Positions 53,231 through 64,000 of a stretch of DNA of 64,000 nt are shown here, piece after piece (position 1 is the stretch's first letter; every line of letters starts with the position of its first letter). The DNA is from Phoronis australis (taxonomy: Eukaryota; Animalia; Phoronida): the NCBI GenBank assembly GCA_002633005.1, contig NMRA01000013.1:1784403-1848402 (forward strand). The letters run 5' to 3'. The notes under the pieces were generated by a model. It was not told the origin of the DNA, did no database searches, and saw only the letters and a program-made list of their open reading frames with translations. Made by a program: the position numbers and the translations under genes.

Positions 53231-53774
53231 TCTCAACTACCGGTCAGTAATTTTGAATATATATGACATATTAGATAATGAGCATATACATGTACTTTTG
53301 CGTCTACTGAGCTCTCACACTGGACGTCAAATGGATGATGGCGGAGAGTAAACATTTTGGAAAGTACCTGATAACAGTAAAACTTTGGGATACCAGGAAC
53401 TGTCTAAAACCAACCCACTTAGTGAAGTTTAAGAACGCAGATTGTGTAAAATATAAAACGCTATCAAAACTGCCAGCAAAAAGGATACGTCAGCGACAAC
53501 ACATGGCCCCTAAATTTGCGCTAGATCGAGGAACCACGAAAATTATTTCCAATGAGCCCTTTCATCTCATTGATTACTAAACAATACATTGAAAGAAAAG
53601 TAGCAGACGTGTTTTTAAAAACCTTTTTTAATCAAAATAAACTACATGAAATAGAGCAACACTTTCAAACAGCATAGTAACAGATAGTCAAAATCTCTGT
53701 ATCAAGCTACATACTATATGTTTAATGTCAACAGTAGTTTCCTGTTAGTTTTTAATACGTTTCAATATCAGATT

Positions 53775-54790
53775 CGTCACTGCTACTCCAACTTGATTCG
53801 GGCTCGCTTAAATTGTTTCGTCATAGCCCATTTCCATTACCTCTTGATCGGCTTGGTTTTCTTGTAAAAGACCAGCACCTTCAAAAAGGACATCAGGAAC
53901 GGCAGATCCACAAAGCCATTCGGGAGTATAGTATCCATCTTGTACCTTCCAATCGTAGGTAAGAGGATCCAAACCGTTTCCCCGGATCAGCCAAATCCAC
54001 TTGGTCTCAGAGCAAGGCAACATAATGGGCTCGTTTGAGCTTGTTCAATAGTGTCTTTCGGTAAGGAGGAAGCAATGCGCAGTCAATCTTCTTGATGTTG
54101 GACATCGGAGAAAATTTTACTGACGAGGGACTAATTGTCTAAACGCTGACGAACAAAAACATAAAACCCATGCGCGCACCCAGCCTCTAGTTTTGGGGGG
54201 GCTCGAATTTCTGACCAAGTGAACCTTTTGCTAACAGAAAAGCTTGAGGACTAAAAAAAACGGGGTACGACCTTCAGTACTGTGAACTGTGCGTCTGCGC
54301 CTTTTTAGTGGACTTTTGTCTCGTTTCCACGGACTGTTTGTTTCTCTGAGGCGGACTTTTTTGCCCACTTCCCCAAATGGGTGCGCGCATGAAATCTCAC
54401 CACCATTTACTGATTTTTGACGTGAAACTGGGCATTTTGGTTTAACACTATGAAAACATTTGAAATTATTTTCGATGCTTTTATGAACTATATTTTATCA
54501 ATTACAGTTATTACCTTGTTCATTTTTCCGGTCATCTCTATTAATTTCAGATATCGGCGCTTCATTGACATCTTTGACTCCTCCCTTCATTAAATAGGAG
54601 GCATATGTCTTCTAACTTTCTTCCGTCTGGGACATCTACGCTTATTAACTCTGAGAAGAAGCTGATAAGTGTCCCAGATGAGTCTTTCATCAGGATTTCC
54701 AGAGGCCTCACTTTCCCTTTCCTAAACAGTGCTGCTGTGACGTTACACCCTGTCATTGTATGCAATTTTCAGACAATGCTGCAGCGAGAC
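53775..54790 (-). pseudogene. XPG/FEN1-like nuclease relic of the Academ-like transposase
   Basis: HTMTGCNVTAALFRKGKVRP matches the HxxTGCDxTSxFxxKGK H2TH motif with D>N. It is followed by VKDVNEA-RY, a GT-AG intron (~54514-54141), then IDCALLPPYRKTLLNKLKRAHYVA and LDPLTYDWKVQDGYYTPEW. Frameshifts present. Confidence 0.75.
54169..54391. mobile_element. CATG-ended MITE, copy A (nested in the Academ intron)
   Basis: TIR CATGCGCGCACCCA / TGGGTGCGCGCATG; 5-bp flanks aaacc / aaatc. Confidence 0.8.
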
Positions 54791-55299
54791 CCCTTGTTAC
54801 CGAAACGCATCGTTGTTTATATATTTATTTAAATAGCATTGGGACTCCATCGCGTGGCTGCGCACCAAATTAGGGGTGATTTGTATTTTATCACGGAAGA
54901 CATTATGTCGACCATCGACAAATGACTCCGCGAAACTAAAACATTGCAAACACTATACACTACACTGAATTTCGATTTCATGTAAAAATTTCTTCAAAAA
55001 GTTACCACTAGGCGAGTAAACTGTCTTACATCTTGACACCCGTCTGCTTTTCGCTTGTAGTGATCATGAGAGTAAACACAGGCTTTAGTGAACGAAAGTT
55101 TTTTATAATTAGTTTTTGTTTCCCGCGGTCCCGCTTTTTGCAGTTAACTTAATAAATACACCACTTTTGTCACCAAATGGGTACTTCAATATTCGTGGTG
55201 CAATTTTTATCATCTTGTCCAGTTGTTTGGATTTCCCACCCGAGTACTTGAACTAGTAGGGAAAAGCTGCATGGACGATTGTACCTCCATTTTTTAAGG

Positions 55300-56640
55300 T
55301 CCTTTCTGGGTTTTTGGCCCACTATTTCCGAGTAAAATTTGTCTTTCACGGGTCATTGGGTGTTCAGTACAGCACGATTGTTGGTTTTAAATCAGTTTAA
55401 GCCGATACCTTGAAAATGTAACTGTCTCAAAAATGGCAAACCGTGGTTGAGATTTTTGAGGGTTTCTGCAAGGCACAATCCAGAGTGTATTTTGTCTGCC
55501 GGTCATAGGGCATTTAGTGACCTGTGACATGTATTGAATCTCATGTAATTGTTTTTTGTGATATCTCGAATGTATGTGCTAGCTCATTTTTGGGGGGTCT
55601 TTTTTGGTTTCTGCCGGACCCATTCCAGAGTGCAATTTGTCTGTCATGGGTCATTCAATGTTCAGTTGCGGTACTATTGTTCGTTTTAAATCAGTTTTGG
55701 CCGGTACCTCGAAAATCTAGTCTAGATCAAATTTTGATGGCATACCGCGGTTGAGATTTTTGGGGGTTTCTGCCGGGCACAATCCAGAGTGTATTTTGTC
55801 TGTCATAGGGATTTTAGTGATCTGTGACATGTATTGAATCATACGGAATTGGTTTTGTGTGGTACCTCGAATGTATGTGCTAGCTCATTTTTGGGGGGTC
55901 CTTTTTGATTTCTGCCGGACCCATTCCAGAGTACAATTTGTCTGTCATGGGTTATTTGGTGTTCAGTGCGGTACTATTGTTCGTTTTAAATCAGTTTTGG
56001 CCGGTACCTCGAAAATCTAGCCTAGCTCAAATTTTTGATAGCATACCGTGGTTGAGATTTTTGGTGGTTTCTGCCGGGCACAATCCAGAGTGTAATTTGT
56101 CTGTCATAGGGCATTTAGTGATCTGTGACATGTATTGAATCATACGGAATTGGTTTTGTGTGGTACCTCGAATGTATGTGCTAGCTCATTTTTGGGGGGG
56201 TCCTTTTTTGGTTTCTGCCGGACCCATTTCAGAGTGCAATTTGTCTGTCATGGGTCATTTGGTGTTCAGTGCGGTACTATTGTTCGTTTAAAATCAGTTT
56301 TGGCCGGTACCTCGAAAATCTAGTCTAGCTCAAAATCTTGACGGCATACCATGGTTGAGATTTTTGGGGGTTTCTGCCAAGCACAACCTAGAGTGTATTT
56401 TGTCTGTCATAAGGGCTTTAGCGATCTGTGACATGTATTGAATCACATGGAATAGGTTTTGTGTGGTACCTCGAATGTATGTGCTAGCTCATTTTTGGGG
56501 GGTCCTTTTTTGGTTTGTGCCGGGCCTATTCCAGAGTGCAATTTGTCTCTCATGGGTCATTCGGTGTTCAGCGCGTTACTATTGTTCGTTTTATATCAGT
56601 TTTGGTTGGTACCTCGAATATCTAGTCTAGTTCATTTTTG
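55300..56640 (+). repeat. Right-arm tandem array of ~300-303-bp units (~4.3 copies)
   Basis: The marker tgtgacatgtattgaatc recurs at ~55523, 55823, 56124 and 56427. Units are highly similar. Confidence 0.92.
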
Positions 56641-58955
56641 GGCTCTTTGTAAGGCCCCCAGGGGTCACACCCAGAGTGCAGACAACGGCAGACGTCCATT
56701 TCTGTACATACTGAGGTGGACTTTAAATGCTCCCGTGGTCAGATGTTGGTACCTCGTTCATCTATGCTAAGTGCTCTGGGATGCCGGTCTGATATACCAA
56801 AATTTGAAAAATGGCTCCCATCTCAGCGGTACGTCTCCATGATCTACATTAAATCGATTGCCTCCCCACGGAAATGTGGCCTTTTTGATGGTGAAAAATT
56901 CCAATGAGGATCTATTAGTGAACGATAAATTGGATGCCGTATTTTAGCGTATTAGCGCCGGTGCGCTTTTTCCAAGTGTTTTTGACCCGATGTTAATTTC
57001 AAACCGGCGCTTAATTCAAACTCGGCATTTATTCAACAAGACCAGCTTTCAGACTCGACGCTCACATACTGTTGACTATTGCTACCAAATGCATGGTATG
57101 TTTGATAAATGTTTATAGATATTATTTTGAACAGTGTTTGTTTCAATTGGCAACCATATCCAGACTTCTACGTATATTATACACGTATTTAAAACAACCC
57201 TTGCGTCTCTTATTATTTTTAAAGAGGCATGGAACGTGAAATCTCGTAAAAGAATACCTTTTAAACAGGTCGTGGCCAATCTGCTTATTGGGCATGCTAA
57301 CGTGAGAGTTATTCACTTTGAATATTGCAAGAATCTTTGGAAAAAAATCGCCAGATTCACTATTTTTGAAACATGGACGAAATAAAAACTGTTTTATCCC
57401 AATACAAAGTTCAATTCTTCGTCCCTATTAATATATATACGCACAAAGCAGTCGGACTGGCTGCTGCTTGAAGCACCGTCGCCAGATTACCTCAAAGATC
57501 ACATTTTCCGCACAAGGGAAAGACGCTATTATATGTTTATGTCTTGCCATACCAAATAAGGAGACGTGCTTTGCCGTGTGGAAGAAAAATCGACGAAGTA
57601 ATAAGCAGTTCGCAGAGCGTTTTTTTTCCAAATTTGAAACAAAAATTAGGAAAATATTTTGACATCAAGAGAAATTCAAAAGTTTTACGAAAAAATACTT
57701 GGTGAACAGCTTGATTTCTGTTTCAGTGGCAGAGAACCAGTTTGAATACTGTGATTTGGTTGATTTAGTCTGTTTTTTACGTTCTATGCCACTTTAACGC
57801 TTGCAACGCATCGTTTTTCTTTGTTTTTTTTTTTAATTTTCACGCGTTATTTTGACTTACATTTAGTTAACAGTAGGCCTTAGACTATCCAGCGAAACAG
57901 CGAATTGCAGTCAGAGTTGTTTTTCAACTAGTCGTGAATATCGCCCCGGCGCTTGTTTGAGACCCGGCGTTTATTTAACAATGGTGTTTTTAACGAGCTT
58001 TAATTACCCAACGTATATTAGAGAATACCGCGAGAGAAAGAAAGAGTAACATTTCAAGACCGGATGTACATAATCTACGCGAAGTGTGAATGCTACTTTG
58101 GAAGGTATTTAAATGAGTTGTATACCTTTTCCGTAAAGATGGTGAAGATTCCATGTGGTGGTTTACGGGTGATGTCTGGAGATTTCTTGCAGTTAAAGCC
58201 TAGTATTTCCTTTACATTTACAAATTTAGAACACAGTTTCGTCAGTCGGAAAATATAAATATCTTGTAACTTTTAGCCCTATTTTGTTTGGATTATTTTA
58301 TTTTTTTAAAAGTGGTGGGGGTTTCCGGGGAAACCTCATTACATATGGCATTACATATTACATAATTCATAATGCAAGAGTCAGCTCACACTCACTGTGG
58401 CGGCCATTTTAGGTGGTGGTGCACGACAAAAATGCAAAATTAAACTAGAAAATCAAATTGAATTCAATTAAATTCGAAAATATTTTGAGTGAGCATTATT
58501 TGGTCTTTTAAAGTGTCGACTGAATTAACTTGTGTTAAAATACATTTGATGGAGTTTTTAAGTAAAATGATGCGGAAAGAATATCTACCACCTACATGTA
58601 TTTAACTGATTTTTGACGAAATTCGAATTAGACCTGTCACGCTCATAACGCTTCGGGATTTGTTGAAGTTGGCCAACCCTAAAATTGCGAATTCGAAAAC
58701 GTCTCGTGTACACATTGCCTGTAACTTGAGTTGCAGGCTCATTCAGTAACAGTTCAAGATCTGATGAGCGTGGTGACGTTTTTGAAACACAAAGCACTTT
58801 GATTAAGAATCCAACGTGAACACTAGTCAGTTAGACAGCGGTGAAACGCGGTTTTAAAAATGTTCACACAGTTTGTCGAAAAGACGTAAAAATGTCTTCG
58901 ATTTACGACAATAACTATTGTTTTTATTTCAAAAACCACGGATCATGTTAATCTG

Positions 58956-59203
58956 GGGCCCGTTCCAACAAAACTTACTTAGCTAAGACAAATCTTAAGT
59001 TTTAGTAAATTTTAAGATAAAACTTAAATTTGTCTCGAGACCATTTCAAGAAAGAGATTGTAAGTTTGAATTAAGTTTTTGATAAAAGTTTTTTCTTAAT
59101 TTTTACTATTTCACCAGATGTGGAAGTTTCAAAGTATGGAAATTAAGACAAATCTTAGACTTAAGTAAAAAATGAACTTAAGTCAGTTTCTTGGAACGGG
59201 CCC
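58956..59203. mobile_element. Harbinger/Tourist-type MITE (248 bp)
   Basis: TIR GGGCCCGTTCCAA / TTGGAACGGGCCC, AT-rich interior with cttaag repeats, 3-bp flanks ctg / ttg. Confidence 0.75.
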
Positions 59204-60625
59204 TTGAACTAAAGTTGAGTTTTTGTTTTCATAGCGTTACATAATACAGATGCGTAATGTGGTGACGTGTATACTGACGCCATTAGCCACATCATAGCAT
59301 TAAAAATTTTTGTGAATCTTGGATTTTTCCTCATTCAGGTTGTTGCCGTGGGAACATACGAAAAGGATACAATGGTAGTGTAGTCTTTATTGTTTGCTCC
59401 GTGGCCCAAAAGTGGCCCATGAACACATAGTGAAAATAAAGTCCGAACAACATACAAAAACTTGATCGTATCTAGTCTGCAAAAACAAGAAAACACAAAA
59501 TTACCAAAATGGCTGACCCGGGGCGTGGCCAACACAAAACACAGAAAAAAAGAACACGGGAATTAATTATATACAAAAAATACAGCAAATTAGATACAAT
59601 AATATCTACACAAATATACAAACTAAGAAAAATGAAAATGTACAAACTGTGCCCGAAACAAAAGAAATCATACCAATAAAGAATGAAAATACTAGACACA
59701 TAACAACAGAAGCGACTTGACGCTTCAAATGATGCGGGCAGAGTGCAATAGCGAACCAATGAAACAATAGGACTAGAAAGGGTCTAGCGGCGAGACAGAA
59801 AACGTACACCAAACAAAACAAAAGAACATCACATTCAAAATACACAATGAACAAAATAACCTGGCAAATCATCCGCAACACAGGTAACTACGGGACATTT
59901 CAGTACTTGACATTTTTACAAAATTATGTCTTTGAATTAATCAGTGTACGTCGACAACGGTTGCACCCATCGTATGCTCCCGGGCTGTTGAGGATTAAGA
60001 TTGACCAGGTCCATAGCTCGGTAATAATTTTCAAAGTGCTTTGAAATTTACATCGCTACCGACGTAAAACTGGCCTACTTACTGTTATAATTATTATTTT
60101 TGTTTTTAATTTTGGCATTTTACTTTTATTTGAATACGTAATTCAGTAAGTCAAAATGGCGTCATTCTAAACAATCAGCACACTCAGGCGTAAGCCTAGA
60201 CGTTAAGTGTGACTTTATTTTAAAAGATTCTCGCCATCCACATCAGCTTAACATTGTTCACAATCTCAACAACATAACATAACCGTCAGCCAGTGAAATG
60301 CCACGGGGTCATTCTGACCTTGAAATTGGTGCGCTTTTGAGAATTAGAAATGAATGAATGTCGACGAAGTACTAGCGATGAATGTTAGCCAAACATGATT
60401 TAGTGAAATACCGTAAGGCTGATAACGGCTGATGAAAGTAGTTCCACTGGGCTTTGGTGACCGGGGTAAATAAATTATTGATAGACTAGGTTGGAACTCT
60501 TTCGTTGGCAGTTAAGAAGTTGTGCTGCTACTCTATTTTATTCCTAAACGACATGTAGACGCGTGCTTTACTCTATACACTCCTACGTGCCTAGACGATC
60601 TACAGATGTGCGCGCACTGTAACTA

Positions 60626-60887
60626 CATGCGCGCATCCACCCTTTAATATGGGGGTATGGGTATCGAATTTCCGACGATGTGGACCTTTTACTGACAAAA
60701 AAGCCGAAGGACTAAAAAAAAGAAAGAAAAAACGGGGTACCACGTCCAGGGCTGTGAATTTTGAGTTTGCGCTTATTTAGTGTCTCGTTCTCTCGGACTT
60801 TTTGTTTCTCTGGGGCGGACTTTTTTGTCCACTTCACCAAATGGGGGCTCGTTCGAGCCCCCCGAACCCCCCCTGGGTGCGCGTATG
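60626..60887. mobile_element. CATG-ended MITE, copy B
   Basis: TIR CATGCGCGCATCCA / TGGGTGCGCGTATG; exact 5-bp TSD AACTA. Confidence 0.85.
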
Positions 60888-61325
60888 AACTAAATGTGTG
60901 CATAAAGGTTCTGTCCCACTTGCCTGGGCGATCTACAGATGTGCGCACACTGTAACTAAATGTGTGCCTCATGGTTCTGTCCTGAAAAACGCCGCTAATG
61001 AGTCTGTTAGAAGTTTGCCAACGCTGAAAAATTCAAAGCCCTCATTCTTTGTAGATTTAAACCCGGCACTCAGAGCTTCCCAAATATTGGTGCGCCGCGA
61101 ATGTTATCAAATGTGAAAATTTTGTTAAACTGTTGGGTGTGCACATTGACTGTAAACTAAACTTCCACTAGGATGTGAATAACCTCTGTATCAAAGTACT
61201 GATGAAGCAAGAATTGGAGAAGTCTTCCTGCTGTTGATGCATGATCGTCACTGAGCGCCAATACATTGCAAAACATGGTACGGCAAGATCTCACTCATCA
61301 GTCTAAAATTTTTGTTTATCAGACC

Positions 61326-61579
61326 CATGCGCGCACCCAGGGGAGGCTCGGGGGGGTCTCGAAGGAGCCCCCACCCACCATTTGGCGAAGTGGGCCAAAA
61401 GGTCCGCCATAGAGGAAGAAAAAGTCCAAGAAAACGAGACAAAAGCGCACAAGGATCCGGCGCGAATGCACAGTTCATAGGTCTGAACGTAGTATCCCGT
61501 TTTTTAGTCCCTTTCCTCAGTAAAGTTCCACATATTGAAAAATTCGGGCCCCCTATATTTTAGGCTGGGTGCGCACATG
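61326..61579. mobile_element. CATG-ended MITE, copy C (opposite orientation)
   Basis: TIR CATGCGCGCACCCAG / CTGGGTGCGCACATG; exact 5-bp TSD AGACC. Interior is the reverse complement of copies A and B. Confidence 0.85.
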
Positions 61580-61640
61580 AGACCCTATCCATACCTGTCT
61601 GCACAAAAGAGAAAATCTCCGTATTGCCTCAACACTAGAT

Positions 61641-61795
61641 GGCAGTGTAGTCCAGTAGAACTTGTATTCACTTCCTTTATTCATGCAAGGTCGCCGGTTC
61701 GAGTCCCAGTGGGGCACATTGCTCCTTAAGTCGGGTCTCTAGCTCGTCAGCTTGGTTTTATTTTTATATATTAATAAAGCATAAAAATGGTTCCA
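61641..61795 (+). mobile_element. tRNA-derived SINE, second (3'-truncated) copy
   Basis: GGCAGTGTAGTCCAGT...GGTTCGAGTCCCAGTGGG; body aligns with 44513-44665. Confidence 0.75.
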
Positions 61796-62149
61796 GGAGT
61801 TCTTTATTCAGCTAAACCATAGACTTACTAAACAGAGCGACATGACGTACAATTAACGTTAAATAAGTTATCGTTTTGTCGTTCAAACGGCCGCAACGCG
61901 TTTGCCGACTGCTTGTGAAATTGCAATACGTGATTTGATGTGGACACTTTTTTATATGAAACGCTACTGTTAAAATTGTGCCTTTAGATAAATTACATGA
62001 AATAAAAACGGGAGAATGGGAATTCATCTTCTCATAGTTTAGCTGTATATGCCTTTCTTTTTACTGAGACATTGTCACGTGATCAAATGAGTGACAGTTT
62101 AGAAATTTTAATTATTTGAAAAAATATTTCTACAGGCTTTCTAATAAAT

Positions 62150-62280
62150 AAATATAGATTATTAATTGTTCTCAGTCGTTATCCCCCGTATTCTAGAGCC
62201 CGAGTGTACCGGTATTTTGTTGAATTATCACCCGAGAGGCGTCAGCCCCGAGGGCTGAGAACATGTAATAATCTATATTT
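62150..62280. repeat. Palindromic MITE-like element
   Basis: aaatatagattattaattgttctcag is inverted to ctgagaacatgtaataatctatattt; internal hairpin cccgagaggcgtcagccccgaggg. Confidence 0.65.
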
Positions 62281-63406
62281 AATCAATTAAATTCCATGAT
62301 TTTGTAGATATTTGATAAAGTACAGATTTGTTCATAAAGTTTACGCCTTTAAAAGGGCACATTCGGTTTTAGGACCGAAAAACGCATTTTGGGGATTGAG
62401 TTCTTGAAGTTATTACCATTTACCAGAATTATAACAAACAAAACTGTGTTCTACTTTTCTAAGAAATCATTACTAATCGCCAATCCTTCCCAGTTAGCTG
62501 CCAGCGACTCCGCCGGTGAAATCAAGGCCACTGACTCTGGTAAGCGGCACTTCACCGGTTTAGCTTCGCCAGTAGGGTGTTGGACTCAATGCGAACGCTA
62601 AAGTCAATTCTGCGTTGGAGCAGATCATAACGCAAAGCCCTTTTCTCGTTGAATATTCTCGCTTCAGGTAAAACTACATTCTTCAATGTACTGACTGTCC
62701 AGTTGTTGAATATTTAAGAAAACAAAAAGTTATTGGGCGGCAGAGAAAAATTCGGTTTATCACCAGAAGGGCACTTTCAGGGACTCCCAATCCTCACATA
62801 TATCATAGGTTCTTGACGATCGCCATTTTTGGGCACGCCCCCTTACCCAGTCAATATAAAGCAACCCCCCACGACACATCGCCTGCTTAGGCTGACATTT
62901 TATCCGTCTAGGCATGCGCATTACAAATGCAGAAGGCTCTCGATTATTGAAGAGGCCATCACTACCTCAGTGTCGATGTATATCAGACGTTTATTGCTGT
63001 CCTAGTATGGTAGGCCATTAGCCCAGATAGACCCCGCCCATTGGGGAATTTCTTATCAGATTTTAAAGAGTTTGAATTTTGAACATCACTCACATCCTCT
63101 TTGTAACACTTTTGTAGGAATTTTGCAATGTACACTGTTACTAACAGTGTATTTGGGGCGTGTGTTAAAATATAAGTGTAAGAGTTGGGAATGTAAATAA
63201 TTAAAAGAAAAATATGAAGAAGTTCAGCATTCCAATTGTCTACAAAAAACATAGAATGTACAATAAAAAGAAAAAAATGTACAATATATTAAGAACTGAC
63301 TTCTAAAAATATCCTGTACATAAACAGAAGTTCTTTTCAAACAAAATGCCAAAAAATGACACCACCTGCTAATGTGAAAATGCTCAGTAAACATTGTTTC
63401 ATTAAG

Positions 63407-63544
63407 TAAAAATTTTGCTTAATACATGATTTGTTAACCTCACAACCAAAAGCATGTAAACAATTGATAATAAAATAAAAATTTTGCTTAATACATGATT
63501 TGTTAACCTCACAACCAAAAGCATGTAAACAATTGATAATAAAA
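63407..63544. repeat. Exact 69-bp tandem duplication
   Basis: taaaaattttgcttaatacatgatttgttaacctcacaaccaaaagcatgtaaacaattgataataaaa occurs twice in a row. Confidence 0.92.
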
Positions 63545-64000
63545 CAAAAATACACAACATTTTGGGTGATTAATTGATCCATCTGTAAAGGTTCTTAAAC
63601 AAAATCGATGACTTGACACTAAACATGACAATGACTGGCATAAAAACACAGACTTTGTGACATATAATAGTACACCTAAGAACACCGTAATGAATTAGGT
63701 CACCCTTAGATTCTTCTCTGTGTAGCTAAATTTTTACCAAGCGCTTTCAAGCTTTTTCAAAAGTGATCAAACCAACTGTAGCCAGCTAGGTTATGCAAGG
63801 TACATATTAAAAACGTGGAACCTTGAATAAAGTTGGAACACTGAACTCTCTCCACACCATGCACGCAGTCCAGTCCTAGCCAAGGCTGTAACTTTTCAGA
63901 CTTAAAAATAACTATACATCTCTGAAACCTATGATTTAACCATTAAGTGAAGCAATCAATGATTTTCATATCCATGCGTAGTAAATTTTTCTTTATTTTA

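Larger units (their letters stand above)
51878..56791 (-). mobile_element. Academ-like (XPG-nuclease-carrying) DNA transposon, internally deleted, 4914 bp, with very long TIRs
   Basis: Ends TAGACCGGCAGCCCAGAGCACTTAGC... and ...GCTAAGTGCTCTGGGATGCCGGTCTG are inverted repeats. 3-bp TSD ATA (51875-51877, 56792-56794). Inverted arms ~51878-53230 and ~55300-56791 surround an XPG/FEN1-like relic. Confidence 0.8.

Noticed and set aside
55300-56640. CRISPR-like array or repeated protein-coding ORFs
   Set aside because: The units are ~300-bp full tandem repeats with no unique spacers, in a eukaryotic context. The short ORFs are frame-inconsistent by-products of the repeat.

Overview
Animal genomic DNA with spliceosomal GT-AG introns, probably from a marine invertebrate and likely a protostome (inferred from an Mtl/MIG-2-type GTPase, a PBZ-bearing HPF1 and a coral-type lipoxygenase). 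Four host genes were reconstructed by hand from splice sites and frame continuity. (1) The last three coding exons of an Mtl/MIG-2/RhoG-like Rho GTPase (+, 437-2794). (2) An uncharacterised 3-exon, ~313-aa Pro/Tyr/Gly-rich gene (+, 9861-14811) with an RFX X-box-like promoter. (3) A complete 8-exon HPF1 gene with an N-terminal PBZ zinc finger (+, 18185-26814). (4) A complete 14-exon, ~687-aa PLAT-lipoxygenase (-, 47117-28803) with all iron ligands, the Gly that predicts R-stereospecificity and an MGxxxS myristoylation-type N-terminus. Mobile DNA includes a decayed Ty3/Gypsy RT, Harbinger-type MITEs, tRNA-derived SINEs and a split THAP-domain remnant. It also includes a three-copy MITE family with CATG ends and 5-bp TSDs, and a 4.9-kb Academ-like DNA transposon whose ~1.3-1.5-kb inverted arms are built from ~300-bp tandem units around an XPG-like nuclease relic. 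A 724-N assembly gap lies in a lipoxygenase intron. I see no clear multi-gene novel system; the best novelty candidates are the lipoxygenase N-terminus, the orphan gene and the transposon architectures.
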